Of a DNA stretch of 64,000 nucleotides, positions 51,220 to 63,269 are shown piece by piece. The notes under the pieces are model-generated. The model had not been told where the DNA came from and did not search any database. It worked only from the letters and a program-made list of their open reading frames with translations. Each line of letters starts with the position of its first letter. The stretch's first letter is position 1. Both the position numbers and the translations under genes were made by a program. The stretch lies in the NCBI GenBank assembly GCA_963665845.2, contig OY762492.1, positions 3,232,001 to 3,296,000 of the forward strand, in the 5' to 3' direction. This DNA comes from Candidatus Poribacteria bacterium (GTDB lineage: Bacteria > Poribacteria > WGA-4E > GCA-2687025).

Positions 51220-51792
51220 ATGTCGCGGATAGGACAGGTTCCCGTCCAGATTCCGTCCGGCGTGACGGTGACGATCGGCAATACGGCTGTCACGGTGAAG
51301 GGACCAAAAGGTACCTTGGAAATGCCGACGAATCCTTATACGGAGCTGACGCAGGAAAACGGCGAAGTGCGGGTGACCCGCCCGTCCAATTCGCGCCGCC
51401 ACCGCTCCATGCATGGTCTCACGCGGACGCTGATTGCGAACATGGTGGAGGGCGTTTCGAAAGGTTTTGAAAAACGTCTGCAGCTGGTCGGTCAAGGTTA
51501 CCGCGCCCAGGCCCAGGGGCGCAATTTACAGCTGACGGTCGGCTTTTCGCATGTGGTGAATTATACGGTTCCGGAGGGGGCTTCGGTGACGGTCGAAGAA
51601 TCGGGATCGATGACCGTTGGAAACAGCTCGGTGCCGTTCATTCCGATCGTGGTGTCCGGCATCGACAAGCAGTTTGTGGGCGAAACCGCCGCGGCGATAC
51701 GGCGCATCAAAAAGCCGGAGCCGTACACGCCGTCCAAAGGCATTCGTTATGAAGGCGAAGCGGTGCGCAACTTGGCGAAGAAGCAGTCTTAA
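51220..51792 (+). CDS. rplF: 50S ribosomal protein L6
   Basis: MSRIG, KGPKG, GFSH, GIDKQ, PEPY..KGIRY. Confidence 0.97.
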   Translation: MSRIGQVPVQIPSGVTVTIGNTAVTVKGPKGTLEMPTNPYTELTQENGEVRVTRPSNSRRHRSMHGLTRTLIANMVEGVSKGFEKRLQLVGQGYRAQAQGRNLQLTVGFSHVVNYTVPEGASVTVEESGSMTVGNSSVPFIPIVVSGIDKQFVGETAAAIRRIKKPEPYTPSKGIRYEGEAVRNLAKKQS

Positions 51793-51809
51793 ATTAAGGA
51801 GTATGGAGA

Positions 51810-52238
51810 GTGAGAAATACGGGGCGGCTGCGGAGAGAGGCGCGTATTCGCCGTCATCGCAGAATACGCCGAAAAATCAGCGGAACCGCGGACGCGCCGC
51901 GCCTGTCGGTGTTTCGTTCGTCGCGGCATATTTATGCCCAGTTGATCGACGATGAACGCGGGGAGACCCTCGCGGCGTCCTCAACGGTGGAGCGGGATGT
52001 GCGCGGCGCGGTGAAATCAACCGGCGCTGTTGCGGCGGCGGCGGAAGTCGGAAAGCGGCTCGCCGAGACGGCCGCGTCCAAAGGCATTGAGCGCGCCCAC
52101 TTTGACCGCGGCGGGTTCCAATACCACGGACGGGTGCGCGCTTTGGCAGAAGCGGCGCGCGAAGCGGGGCTAGACCTCGGAAGGTCGCGCGAACCGAAGC
52201 GGCGGCGCAGCGGCGGCAACGGCAGCGAAGACGCATAG
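51810..52238 (+). CDS. rplR: 50S ribosomal protein L18
   Basis: [28 protein letters not shown]. Confidence 0.97.
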   Translation: MRNTGRLRREARIRRHRRIRRKISGTADAPRLSVFRSSRHIYAQLIDDERGETLAASSTVERDVRGAVKSTGAVAAAAEVGKRLAETAASKGIERAHFDRGGFQYHGRVRALAEAAREAGLDLGRSREPKRRRSGGNGSEDA

Positions 52239-52256
52239 CGGACAAGGAGAACGAAC

Positions 52257-52814
52257 ATGAGACAGAACAATCGACGCAACAGGCGGGACCGCCGAAACGA
52301 TTTTGAAGAAGAGGACGACGGTTTTGAAGAGAAATTGATGTATGTGAACCGCGTCACACGCGTGCGCAAAGGCGGAAAACGGCTGCGTTACAACGCGCTG
52401 ACCGTCGTCGGCAATAAAAGCGGGATGGTCGGGCTAGGTTTCGGAAAGGCGAACGAGGTGCCGGAGGCGCGCCGCAAAAGTTTTCAAGACGCGCGAAAGA
52501 ACATGTTTCAGGTGCCGATTATCAAAGGCACGCTTCCGCACAGCATCGTCGGCGTCGCCGGTTCGACGCGGGTGGTGATGCGTCCGGCGTCGCCGGGGAC
52601 CGGCGTCGTGGCGGGCAGTTCGCCGCGGTATATTTTTGAAGCGGCGGGCGTTCAGGATGTGTTGAGCAAGATCATCGGCTCCCGCAACAAGATCAACGCC
52701 GCGCATGCCACCATCAACGGATTGAAGCGAATGCGCAGCGCCGAAACGATCGGCAAACTGCGCCATCGAAGCGTCGGCAACATCTTAGGAATCGAGTCGG
52801 ACGACGAAAGCTAG
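52257..52814 (+). CDS. rpsE: 30S ribosomal protein S5
   Basis: NRV..VRKGG, GKANEVP, PASPGTGVVAG. Confidence 0.97.
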   Translation: MRQNNRRNRRDRRNDFEEEDDGFEEKLMYVNRVTRVRKGGKRLRYNALTVVGNKSGMVGLGFGKANEVPEARRKSFQDARKNMFQVPIIKGTLPHSIVGVAGSTRVVMRPASPGTGVVAGSSPRYIFEAAGVQDVLSKIIGSRNKINAAHATINGLKRMRSAETIGKLRHRSVGNILGIESDDES

Positions 52815-52831
52815 CAGATAGGAGAGGCTGA

Positions 52832-53274
52832 ATGCAGGCGCATGAATTAAAGCCGCCGCGAGGCTCCAAGCGCAACCGCAAGCGCGTCGGCCGAGGGGAC
52901 GGATCGGGATACGGAACGACAGCGGGGCGCGGCACCAAGGGACAGCGTTCCCGTTCAGGCGGACGCACGCGCCCGTTTTTTGAGGGCGGGCAGATGCCGC
53001 TGTTTCGCCGCTTGCCAAAGCGCGGTTTCAAGCCGTTTCGTCGAACGCGGTATGCGGTGGTGAACCTTCATGGTCTTGAGCAGGCGTTTGAGCAGGGGTC
53101 GGCGGTCGGTCCGCCCGAATTGTATCAGGCGCAGTTGATGAGCCGCAAGAAAGGGCTTGTCAAAATACTCGGAACGGGCGCCTTGACGAAGCCCTTGACG
53201 GTGCGGGCGCATAAATTCTCGGCGTCGGCGGCTGCCGCCATCGAGTCGGCGGGCGGAAAAGTTGAGGTGATCCT

Positions 53275-53278
<4 letters not shown>
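52832..53278 (+). CDS. rplO: 50S ribosomal protein L15
   Basis: [25 protein letters not shown]. Confidence 0.98.
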
Positions 53279-54624
<1,346 letters not shown>

Positions 54625-54636
54625 AGGACGCAGCGC

Positions 54637-55314
54637 ATGCGATTGGCGATTCTAGGACCGCCCGGGGCGGGAAAAGGCACGCAGGCGGGGCGGCTTGCCG
54701 CCCGTACCGGCATATGCCACATCTCCACCGGCGACGCGCTCCGCAACGCGGTGATGAGCGGAACAGGCACCGACCTGCATGCGATGGTGCGGGACGGTTC
54801 GATGGCTCCGGACGAACTGGTGGCGGAGATCATTGAGAGCCGCATTCAGCGGAACGATTGCCGTAAGGGGTATATACTTGACGGATTTCCTCGCACGGAG
54901 CGTCAGTTGGAGATGTTGAAGGCGTTGACCGCTCGGCTCGGACACTGCTTGGACGCGGCGCTGCTGCTGGACGCGCCGGAAGAGGAGCTGATGCGGCGCA
55001 TCGTCGGACGCATGGTATGCTTGCGCTGCCGGCGCAGTTATCATTTGGACCATGCCCCCCCGTTGATGGCGGGGATATGCGACAGCGACGGGGAGCCGTT
55101 GACGCGGCGCCCTGACGACACGGCGGAGGTGGCGCGGAAGCGTTTGCGAATTTACGAGCGGCAGACCCGCCCCTTGATCGAACGGTATCGAGCGGAGGGG
55201 CTGCTGGAACAGGTCGGAGCGTTAGGCTGCCCCGACAAGATTGAGCGCGAGATTGAGGCGCGCTTAAGAAAAAGAGCGCTGAAAGGAAGGCAAAATGGCG
55301 CAGGATTACATTGA
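54637..55314 (+). CDS. adk: Adenylate kinase
   Basis: [23 protein letters not shown], Cys-containing lid, RPDD. Confidence 0.95.
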   Translation: MRLAILGPPGAGKGTQAGRLAARTGICHISTGDALRNAVMSGTGTDLHAMVRDGSMAPDELVAEIIESRIQRNDCRKGYILDGFPRTERQLEMLKALTARLGHCLDAALLLDAPEEELMRRIVGRMVCLRCRRSYHLDHAPPLMAGICDSDGEPLTRRPDDTAEVARKRLRIYERQTRPLIERYRAEGLLEQVGALGCPDKIEREIEARLRKRALKGRQNGAGLH

Positions 55315-55540
55315 GGTCGAAGGCACTGTTCTGGAGAAGTTTCCGAACGCGCAGTACAAGGTGGAGCTGGAAAACGGCCATGAGGTGCTGGCGTACATAT
55401 CGGGAAAGATGCGCATTCGGTATATTCGTCCGATGCCGGGCGATCGGGTTCGGGTGAAGTTGTCGCCGTACGACTTGACCCGCGGGCGCATTTTTTCCAT
55501 CGATTACTCCGCCCAGGGGCGGGGAAAGGCGGATACATGA
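55295..55540 (+). CDS. infA: Translation initiation factor IF-1
   Basis: [26 protein letters not shown]. Confidence 0.97.
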   Translation: MAQDYIEVEGTVLEKFPNAQYKVELENGHEVLAYISGKMRIRYIRPMPGDRVRVKLSPYDLTRGRIFSIDYSAQGRGKADT

Positions 55541-55680
55541 AGGTGCGCGCGTCGGTGAAGCCGATCTGCCCGCGCTGTCGGGTGGTGAAGCGGGGAGGAG
55601 TGGTGCGGGTGATCTGCTCAAACCCTCGTCATAAGCAGCGTCAAGGCGCTCGAAAAGGCGCCAGCAAGAAAAAGAAATGA
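55537..55680 (+). CDS. rpmJ: 50S ribosomal protein L36 (not in the ORF track)
   Basis: Manual translation: [47 protein letters not shown]. Confidence 0.96.
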   Translation: MKVRASVKPICPRCRVVKRGGVVRVICSNPRHKQRQGARKGASKKKK

Positions 55681-55697
55681 TCTGAAGGAGCGGGAAC

Positions 55698-56126
55698 ATG
55701 GCGCGTTTAGCGGGCGTGGAATTGCCGCGCAACAAGCGTATCGAAATTGCGTTGACCTACATTTACGGAATCGGCCATTTTACGGCGGGCAAGATCATTG
55801 AGTTCACCGGGGTGAACCCAGCGACCAAAGCGGGCGAGCTGAGCGAGGATGACATCAACCGTCTCCGCGACGCCCTGGAGCGGCTGGACGAGGCGATGCC
55901 GCCGCATGAGACCTCATTTTTCAACACGAAGATTGAGGGAGATTTGCGCCGTCAGCGCGAGATGGACATCCGCCGCTTGATGGACATCAACTGCTACCGC
56001 GGCTTGCGGCATCGGCGCGGCGTTCCGGTGAGAGGGCAGCGCACCAGCACCAACGCCCGCACCCGCAAGGGCAAGGCGAAAACCATCGGCGTCGGACGAA
56101 AGGCGAAAGTGAAGCACAAAGCTTAA
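55698..56126 (+). CDS. rpsM: 30S ribosomal protein S13
   Basis: [31 protein letters not shown]. Confidence 0.98.
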   Translation: MARLAGVELPRNKRIEIALTYIYGIGHFTAGKIIEFTGVNPATKAGELSEDDINRLRDALERLDEAMPPHETSFFNTKIEGDLRRQREMDIRRLMDINCYRGLRHRRGVPVRGQRTSTNARTRKGKAKTIGVGRKAKVKHKA

Positions 56127-56139
56127 AAAGGGGAGCGGA

Positions 56140-56532
56140 GTGAGAAGAAGAAGCAACCGACCGAAGCGTCGGACGCGCAAAAATGTGTTGAACGGCATCG
56201 CGCATATCAAATCGTCGTTCAACAATACGATCATCACGATCACGGACGAGCGGGGCGACACGCTGGCATGGGCGTCGGGCGGCATCGGCGGCACGGTGAG
56301 CGGGTCGCGCAAAAGCACGCCGTTTGCCGCGCAGCAAGCCGCCGAGGCGGTCGCGGCGTCTGCCAAGGAGCATGGCATGCGGCGCATACAGGTCTGGGTG
56401 AAAGGTCCCGGCTCCGGACGCGAGTCGGCGATTCGTCAACTGCAGGCCAGCGGGCTGGAAATCACGCTCATCAAGGATGTGACGCCAATACCGCACAACG
56501 GCTGCCGTCCGCCAAAACGCCGACGCATCTGA
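56140..56532 (+). CDS. rpsK: 30S ribosomal protein S11
   Basis: [36 protein letters not shown]. Confidence 0.98.
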   Translation: MRRRSNRPKRRTRKNVLNGIAHIKSSFNNTIITITDERGDTLAWASGGIGGTVSGSRKSTPFAAQQAAEAVAASAKEHGMRRIQVWVKGPGSGRESAIRQLQASGLEITLIKDVTPIPHNGCRPPKRRRI

Positions 56533-56558
56533 ACCGGTCGAGAGGAGCATTTTTGTCC

Positions 56559-57533
56559 ATGAAGCCTATTCATATGGAAATGCCGGAGCGTCTGCTGGCG
56601 GATGTTGACACGCTGACGCATGAGTACGGCCGTTTTTATGCGGAGCCTCTGGAAAGCGGCTACGGCATCACGCTTGGGAACGCGCTGCGCCGCGTTCTGC
56701 TGTCGTCTCTGCCGGGCGCCGCGATTACCGCCGCGCGCATTGAGGGCGTCGCGCATGAGTTCTCCACCATGCCGAACGTCGTAGAAGATGTCGCGCAGAT
56801 TGTGTTGAACCTGAAAGAGATACGTTTTAAAGTGAACGCCGAGGCGGACCGCTTTTTTGAATGCCGCATTGAGCGGGACGGCGAGGGGGAAATCACCGCG
56901 GCGAATATACAGATGCCGGCGGAGCTGGAAGCGGTCAACCCAGACCAGCATATCGCCTATCTGAATGAGGGCGCTTCGTTTCGGATGACGCTGGATGTGG
57001 CGGTTGGGCATGGTTTTCAGGTGGCGTCGTATGATCCGCCGGAGAACCGCGCCATCGGCGTCTTGCCGGTGGACGCGATCTATTCTCCCGTCCGTAAGGT
57101 GAATTTTAATGTGGAAGCGACGCGGGTCGGGCATCTCACCGATTATGAGCGGCTCGTACTGGAGATCTGGACAGACGGCGCGATGTCGCCGAAGGAGGCG
57201 TTGACGCAGGCGGCGGGAACGCTCATCAAACATTTGGAGTTCTTCAGCGACTTTGACGAAACCTATGTGGAGGAGGTGATCGTCGAGACGCCTGAACAGA
57301 AAGCCCTGCGCGAGACGCTGGACAAGCCGGTCGCCGAGCTGGAGCTGCCGGTGCGCGCCGCGAACTGCATGGAGTCGTACGGCATCCGCACCGTCCGCGA
57401 CCTTGTCGTTCGCCCTGAAAAAGATATGCTTGAGATGAAGAACTTTGGAAAGAAATCGCTCCAAGAGGTGCGCGAAATTCTCCAAAGCATGAATCTCGAA
57501 TTCGGAATGACTCAATATAAAAAAGCGGAATAG
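56559..57533 (+). CDS. rpoA: RNA polymerase subunit alpha
   Basis: [36 protein letters not shown]; start at ATG 56559 or TTG 56553. Confidence 0.98.
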   Translation: MKPIHMEMPERLLADVDTLTHEYGRFYAEPLESGYGITLGNALRRVLLSSLPGAAITAARIEGVAHEFSTMPNVVEDVAQIVLNLKEIRFKVNAEADRFFECRIERDGEGEITAANIQMPAELEAVNPDQHIAYLNEGASFRMTLDVAVGHGFQVASYDPPENRAIGVLPVDAIYSPVRKVNFNVEATRVGHLTDYERLVLEIWTDGAMSPKEALTQAAGTLIKHLEFFSDFDETYVEEVIVETPEQKALRETLDKPVAELELPVRAANCMESYGIRTVRDLVVRPEKDMLEMKNFGKKSLQEVREILQSMNLEFGMTQYKKAE

Positions 57534-57544
57534 AACGGAACATC

Positions 57545-57919
57545 ATGCGGCATCGAAAGCGGTATCGAAAATTGAATCGGACGCCGTCGCACCGCCGGGC
57601 AATGCTGGCGAACATGGCGACCTCGCTCATCTATGAGGAGCGCATTCAGACGACCGAAGCGAAAGCGAAAGAGCTGCGCCCCTTTATAGAGAAACTGATC
57701 ACCAAGGCGAAGCCTGTCGAGGCGGAGAAAAGCGTACATCGGCGGCGGCTCGTCGGGCGGGTCATCCGCGATAAAAAAGCGGCGAAAAAGCTGTTTGACG
57801 AAATCGGCCCGCGCTACGCCGAACGCCCAGGCGGATACACGCGCATTATCAAACTGGGCAGGCGCCTCGGCGACAACGCCCCTACAGCGCTCATTGAACT
57901 CATACGCGAAAGCGCATGA
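57545..57919 (+). CDS. rplQ: 50S ribosomal protein L17
   Basis: [30 protein letters not shown]. Confidence 0.98.
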   Translation: MRHRKRYRKLNRTPSHRRAMLANMATSLIYEERIQTTEAKAKELRPFIEKLITKAKPVEAEKSVHRRRLVGRVIRDKKAAKKLFDEIGPRYAERPGGYTRIIKLGRRLGDNAPTALIELIRESA

Positions 57920-59358
57920 AACAGCCGAACGTACTCTGGGTCTGCAGCGACCAGCAGCGGTTCGACATGGCGAGCGTGTACGGCAATCCGTTTGTGAAGA
58001 CGCCGAGCGCGGAGCGGCTGGCGGCTGAAGGGACGCTGTTTGAGTACGCTTTTTCGCAAAGCCCCGTCTGTTCGCCGAGCCGCGCCAGCTTCTTGACGGG
58101 GCGGTATCCGCGCACGACGCGCTGCCGTCAAAACGGGCAGGCGATCCCGCCCGACGAACGGCTTGTTACAAAGGTTCTGGCGGAGAACGGGTACACATGC
58201 GGCTTGTCCGGCAAGCTGCATATTGCCACCTGCTCGCCGCGCCACCGCCCGTCAGGCGAAGAGCGCATTGACGACGGGTACGCCGAATTTCATTGGTCGC
58301 ACCATCCGGACCCGAGTTGGGCGACGCAGGAGTACGCCCACTGGCTGCGGGAGCGGGGAGAGACTTATGAGCGGCGTCCGCGCCCCGAATCGCGCTTTCT
58401 TTCTACGACGATGCCTGCCGAGCTTCATCCGACGACATGGTGCGCCCAGAAGGCGATCAACTTTATCGAGGCGCATGCGGACCGAAACCGCCCTTGGCTG
58501 TTTAGCGTCAATATCTTCGACCCGCACCATCCGTTCGATCCGCCTGAAGAGTATCTTGAGCGGTATATGTCCCGTTTGGACGAAATCCCGCTGCCGAATT
58601 ACACGGAGGGGGAGCTGGAGAACAAGCCTGTTTTTCAGCAGTTGAACCATCACGGCGCTTACAATCAGCCGCGCAACCACCCTTACAGCAAGATGGACGA
58701 GAACGACCACCGCTGCGTCCGCGCGGGCGCATGGGCGATGTGCGACCTGATCGACGACCAGCTGGGGCGCATGATGGACGCGCTCGAAGCGACGGGGCAG
58801 CGCGAGAACACGATCGTCATCTTCATGTCGGACCACGGCGAAATGCTGGGCGATCATGGCATCTATCTGAAAGGTCCGTTTTTCTATGAGGAGGCGGTGC
58901 GCGTCCCGCTCATTATCTCTTGCCCAGACCGCTTTCAAAAAGGCGTCAAAAGCGGAGCGCTGACGGAGCTGACCGACATTGCGCCGATGCTGCTGGACGC
59001 CGCCGGCATTGAACGGGAGCCTGGCATGCAGGGGCGGTCGCTTTATCCGCTCCTGACAGGCGAAACCGCAGACGACGCCTTCCGCGAGGATGTGTATTCG
59101 GAGTACTACAACGCGATGCCGAATCACCGCAACCCGCAGGCGCATATGACGATGGTTCGGACAAGGACGCATAAACTGGTCGCGGCGCACGGGCTGGATG
59201 TGTGGGAGCTGTACGATCTGGAGAACGACCCAGGCGAAGTGGTGAACCGCTGGAACGACCCCGACTATGCGCGCGTCCAGACGGAGATGACGATGCGGCT
59301 CGCCGACCGGATGGCATGGACGGTTGACCCGCTGCCTGAACGGATCGGCCCATTCTGA
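57916..59358 (+). CDS. Formylglycine-dependent (Cys-type) sulfatase
   Basis: [40 protein letters not shown]. Confidence 0.95.
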   Translation: MKQPNVLWVCSDQQRFDMASVYGNPFVKTPSAERLAAEGTLFEYAFSQSPVCSPSRASFLTGRYPRTTRCRQNGQAIPPDERLVTKVLAENGYTCGLSGKLHIATCSPRHRPSGEERIDDGYAEFHWSHHPDPSWATQEYAHWLRERGETYERRPRPESRFLSTTMPAELHPTTWCAQKAINFIEAHADRNRPWLFSVNIFDPHHPFDPPEEYLERYMSRLDEIPLPNYTEGELENKPVFQQLNHHGAYNQPRNHPYSKMDENDHRCVRAGAWAMCDLIDDQLGRMMDALEATGQRENTIVIFMSDHGEMLGDHGIYLKGPFFYEEAVRVPLIISCPDRFQKGVKSGALTELTDIAPMLLDAAGIEREPGMQGRSLYPLLTGETADDAFREDVYSEYYNAMPNHRNPQAHMTMVRTRTHKLVAAHGLDVWELYDLENDPGEVVNRWNDPDYARVQTEMTMRLADRMAWTVDPLPERIGPF

Positions 59359-59369
59359 CACGGAGCCGC

Positions 59370-60695
59370 ATGAAACGCCCGCATATCGTTCTCTACCTGT
59401 CGGACGATCACGGGGCAGAATTTGCGGGCTGCTACGGAAACGCGGATGTCCACACGCCGAATATCGACGCGCTTGCCGGCGAAGGCATGCGTTTTGAGCG
59501 CATGTTCACAACGACGCCGACCTGCGCCCCGTCCCGCTCCACGTTATACACGGGCTTATATCCGCAGCGGCATGGCGCCATGCGCAACCACACCGCCTGC
59601 CGAGACGGCTTGACCGCCCTTCCAACGCGCATGCGCAGGCTCGGTTACCGCGCCGCGCTGGCGGGAAAGAAGCATGCGTCTCCCGACGCGCTGTTTGACT
59701 TTGAAAACGCGGGCGGATTTCTCCCGCGGCGGCCTGAACAGCCGAGAAAATACCGCGCCGAGGGGCTGGATGTGGGAGCGGCGGAGCGGTTCATGGAAAA
59801 AAGCCTGGAGGAACGCCCCGATGAGCCGCTGTTTCTTGTTCTAGGCGATCCGTCTCCCCATGTTACATGGGAGAAGCGGCGCCGATTTGATCCTGAACGC
59901 CTGACTCTGCCGCCCTATTTTGTGGACACGCCGATGACGCGCCGCGCGCTGGCAAACTACTATCAGGACATCGAGACGCTGGACGGGCGGGTCGGGCGGA
60001 TCATGGCGGCGATGGAGCGGCTCGGCATCGCCGACGATGCGCTTTTCATCTACACGACCGATCATGGTTCCGAGTGGTACCGCAGCAAGTGGACGCTTTA
60101 CGACGCCGGCATACGGGTTCCGTTTATCGCGCGATGGCCGGGGCGCGTCAAGGCTGGCGCCGTTTCCAACGCGATGGTCTCGTTTGTCGATATGCTGCCG
60201 ACCTTCATGGAAATCGCGGGCGGAGAGCCGGACAGCGATCTGGACGGCGCCAGTTTTTTGGAGGTACTGTTAGGGCGGCGGCAAGGTTTTCGGGAGAAGA
60301 TTTACGCGACGCACACAGGCGACGGCAAAATGAACGCGACCCCGCAGCGTTGCGTCCGCGATGGGCGGCATAAGTATCTTTTGAACCTGAACCCTGGGCG
60401 CGCCTTCACATCTCATTTCACGGAAGTCGAGGGGCTTGAGGAATCGCATGGGGAAATCTGGAAGACATGGATCGAAAAAGCGAAGACGGACGCGGAAGCG
60501 GCGGCGTTAGTGGAGAAGGCGGTTCATCGTCCCAAAGAGGAGCTGTACGACCTAGAAGCCGACCCGTTTGAGATGAACAACCTGGCGGAGCATGCCGATC
60601 ATCAGAAACTGCTTGAGACGATGCGCGCCGATCTGCAGGCATGGATGGACGAGACGGCGGATCCTGGGATCGTCATTCCCGCGCCTTCCTCCTAG
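59370..60695 (+). CDS. Formylglycine-dependent sulfatase (sulfamidase-like)
   Basis: SDDH, CAPSRSTLYTG, GKKH, SPH, TDHG, EELYDLEADPFE. Confidence 0.93.
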   Translation: MKRPHIVLYLSDDHGAEFAGCYGNADVHTPNIDALAGEGMRFERMFTTTPTCAPSRSTLYTGLYPQRHGAMRNHTACRDGLTALPTRMRRLGYRAALAGKKHASPDALFDFENAGGFLPRRPEQPRKYRAEGLDVGAAERFMEKSLEERPDEPLFLVLGDPSPHVTWEKRRRFDPERLTLPPYFVDTPMTRRALANYYQDIETLDGRVGRIMAAMERLGIADDALFIYTTDHGSEWYRSKWTLYDAGIRVPFIARWPGRVKAGAVSNAMVSFVDMLPTFMEIAGGEPDSDLDGASFLEVLLGRRQGFREKIYATHTGDGKMNATPQRCVRDGRHKYLLNLNPGRAFTSHFTEVEGLEESHGEIWKTWIEKAKTDAEAAALVEKAVHRPKEELYDLEADPFEMNNLAEHADHQKLLETMRADLQAWMDETADPGIVIPAPSS

Positions 60696-61010
60696 TCCCC
60701 GCTTCCGCGAGGGCATGCATTCCCGCGCCCCTTTCTCCTCGTCATTCCCGCGTAAGCGGGAATCTTAAGGCGTCGCAGCCGCCGCGCGCAGAAAACCCCC
60801 CTAGCCCCCCTTTCAAGGGGGGAATCGGCGCGCCCGTTTTCAAGGGGGGAATCGGCGCGCCCTTCGCTTCATTCCCGCGCTTTTTTCTTCGTCATTCCCG
60901 CGTAAGCGGGAATCTTAAGGCATGCAGCCGCTGCGCCCAGAAAACCCCCCTAGCCCCCCTTTTCAAGGGGGGAATCGTGGCGCCCGTTTTCAAGGGGGGA
61001 ATCGGGGCTT
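60671..61010. repeat. Composite repeat: duplicated ~150-bp REP plus C-run palindrome module
   Basis: REPs at 60740 and 60890, each followed by CCCCCCTAGCCCCC..TTCAAGGGGGGAATC; half-REPs at 60671 and ~60868. Confidence 0.85.
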
Positions 61011-61843
61011 GAGCGCATTGCCTGTTGATGTTGGCTGTATAGCATGACAATCTCCGATTTGGCGAGCGACGGGTTGCCGGCGGTGCGCGCGGCGGCTTCT
61101 TTCCAGTCGATGCGCTGCATGGCGTCCGCGACGCCTGGGGCGTTGACGGCGATGAAATAGTGCGATGTCGGGGAGAGGGCGCGCGGGTTGAACTTGACGC
61201 TGCCCGCGTTCGCCCCGACGCGCTGTATCGCAAAATCCGCCTCGCCCGGCTGCGCAAAACAGAAGTCGGGATGCGTCGTCGGAGAGGGCGCTGTCAGACG
61301 CGCCGTTTTACGCTTCAACCAGATCTGAAAGACGCATGGGACGGCGTAAGGCGCGCCGTCCAGCGTGAACGAATCGCGCGGCAGAAGAAGCTCTGCTTCC
61401 AAATGAAAAAACCGATTCAACCGCCGCGCCGTACTTTCTTTTTGAAACGTGCGCGGATGAATCATGGCGACCGCGTCCGCAAAGCTGGCGGCATGGTTGA
61501 AAAACTTGACAGCGAGGCTCGCGTTTTTGCCGAACGGCGGATTGCCGACAACGATGATCCGCCCCGCCTCAACAGGCGGCGTCCAGTCTAAAAAATCGGC
61601 CTGCGCGATGTCAGGGCGGGCGGGCGGCTCAATGTCCAGCCCGATCTTCGGCTCCGGCATCAGATCGAAGAACGCGCCCGCCCCCGCCGACGGCTCTATC
61701 CACAGGTCCCACGCCGACGAGCAATGCTCCGCCAGGAACGCCATGCACCGTTTCGCGGCGGATCTGTTCGTGTAAAAACAGTCGCGCCGCCGGCTCCCCG
61801 CGCCGCTTTTTTCTTCGCTGCCGACATCGAACAGCCGATTCAC
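60950..61843 (-). CDS. SAM-dependent amino-methyltransferase (N6-adenine DNA methyltransferase-like)
   Basis: FYT, IEPSAGAGAF (motif I), DFL, VGNPPFG (motif IV). Confidence 0.8.
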   Translation of the reverse strand: MNRLFDVGSEEKSGAGSRRRDCFYTNRSAAKRCMAFLAEHCSSAWDLWIEPSAGAGAFFDLMPEPKIGLDIEPPARPDIAQADFLDWTPPVEAGRIIVVGNPPFGKNASLAVKFFNHAASFADAVAMIHPRTFQKESTARRLNRFFHLEAELLLPRDSFTLDGAPYAVPCVFQIWLKRKTARLTAPSPTTHPDFCFAQPGEADFAIQRVGANAGSVKFNPRALSPTSHYFIAVNAPGVADAMQRIDWKEAAARTAGNPSLAKSEIVMLYSQHQQAMRSSPDSPLENGRHDSPLEKGG

Positions 61844-62613
61844 TACGCCGCTTCAGGCTTGTCTTTGAACCCTGCGACGACGATGTTGTTGTAGACATCC
61901 TCCGGCTTTTTGTTCGGCGGACGAAGCCGCGCGTCATGAAAACCGAACCGAACCGATTTGCGCCAGTCGCCCGTCCGGTTGCAGTCCGACCAGTGGATCA
62001 TGTTGTAGCTAAAGAAGATCATGTCGCCTGCATTCGCCGGCACAAGAACCGTCTCGATGAAGTCCGGATGGTACTTGTCGGTCGGGAGATGCGGCGCGGT
62101 GTGGGCGCCGGTGATGTGTTCCAGCGGGCCTCCAAGATGGCTGCCGGGGACGACCTGCAGACAGCCGCTCTCAATCGGCGTGTCGTCCAGATGAAGCAGG
62201 CAGTCGATGAAGCCCGGGCCGTCATGCGGATAAAACGGATGGTCTTGATGCATCGGAAACGGCGTGCCGAGAGTCGGCGGCTTCGCATGCAAGACCGTGT
62301 GATGCCACTGCATGCACGGCGCGACCAGCTGCTGAACGCAGCGCGTCAGCCCCTCGTGAAACAGAACGCGCCCCCATGCCGACGAGTAAAAATGCGGGTT
62401 GTGGAGAAAGACCGCTTTGGTCGATTGCTGTTCCTCTTTATTGAGGTAACGCTCGCGCCACGGCCCGTGCCAGCCGATCGTCTCCTGCCCCCATTCGTTG
62501 ATGATGCGGATCATTTCGGAGCCAAGCTCCTCCGTCTCTTCGGGCGAGAACAGCCCCTCCACCTTCAGATAGCCCTCGTCCTGGTATGCCTGGATCTGCT
62601 CTTGGGTCAACAT
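61843..62613 (-). CDS. PhyH-family Fe/2OG dioxygenase (canonical HQD); paralog of 27299-28099
   Basis: YQDEGY, PMHQD, VPGSH, AGDMIFFSYNMIHWS; start at ATG 62613 or TTG 62625. Confidence 0.92.
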   Translation of the reverse strand: MLTQEQIQAYQDEGYLKVEGLFSPEETEELGSEMIRIINEWGQETIGWHGPWRERYLNKEEQQSTKAVFLHNPHFYSSAWGRVLFHEGLTRCVQQLVAPCMQWHHTVLHAKPPTLGTPFPMHQDHPFYPHDGPGFIDCLLHLDDTPIESGCLQVVPGSHLGGPLEHITGAHTAPHLPTDKYHPDFIETVLVPANAGDMIFFSYNMIHWSDCNRTGDWRKSVRFGFHDARLRPPNKKPEDVYNNIVVAGFKDKPEAA

Positions 62614-62645
62614 GTTTTTCTCCAAAAACGCTTCGCTGTCAGGGT

Positions 62646-62674
62646 AAGATACGCAAAGCGGAGGCGGATGTCAA
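62646..62674 (-). promoter_or_regulatory. Sigma70-type promoter
   Basis: TTGACA-N17-TATCTT on the minus strand upstream of the PhyH gene. Confidence 0.55.
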
Positions 62675-62762
62675 GCGGCGTATCAAACCGAGAAAACTTG
62701 ACTTTCCAAAAGAGGTCTGGCAAATTCTAAGCAAGACGGCTGGTTGACGGAAGGCGGCGAAA

Positions 62763-63230
62763 ATGTCCAGGAAAAGCAGACAGCAGGCGATACTGAAAAA
62801 GCTGGCAGAATCGCGCATGTCGGAGCGTGTGGAGGCTCTAAGAGCGTCCTTTTTTGCCGCCAAGAAAAAGGCGGATACATTGCTTCCGCCAAACGCGCTG
62901 TTTCCCATCATTGAGAAATTCAACGCGGTATTGCCTTCTCCAAAAGGGACGCCGCTGGGTTCGTTCGAATCACATTTTCCGCACCGCGAATTTGCAGAAG
63001 CGATCATGCAGGCGCAGCGAGCTGAAATGCGCAGCGATCTGTTCGACTCCGAGAAACAGCTCAAAAAAGAATTGTTTGCCGCAGTAAAAGAAGAAATTGC
63101 TGAAATCGACGCAGGACTGGACCTGATAAAGAAAGCGCACAAATCTGACAATCCGAAAGAAATGATCGCGGCATTGACGGCTTGCCAAGAAGCATGCCAA
63201 GAATTGGAGGCGGCGCTCACACTGGAATAA
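62763..63230 (+). CDS. Hypothetical helical protein
   Basis: 155-aa ORF, lower GC, amphipathic helical pattern. Confidence 0.6.
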   Translation: MSRKSRQQAILKKLAESRMSERVEALRASFFAAKKKADTLLPPNALFPIIEKFNAVLPSPKGTPLGSFESHFPHREFAEAIMQAQRAEMRSDLFDSEKQLKKELFAAVKEEIAEIDAGLDLIKKAHKSDNPKEMIAALTACQEACQELEAALTLE

Positions 63231-63269
63231 TGCGCCGCCTGACCGCGCGACTGGAAACGGGCAGCCCGT

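Noticed and set aside
56268-56558. Apparent N-terminal extension of RpoA
   Set aside because: Overlaps rpsK in another frame; an RBS (GAGGAG) supports a start at 56553-56559
55295-56558. Absence of map and rpsD from the cluster
   Set aside because: Both are commonly relocated in many bacterial phyla, so this is not notable by itself
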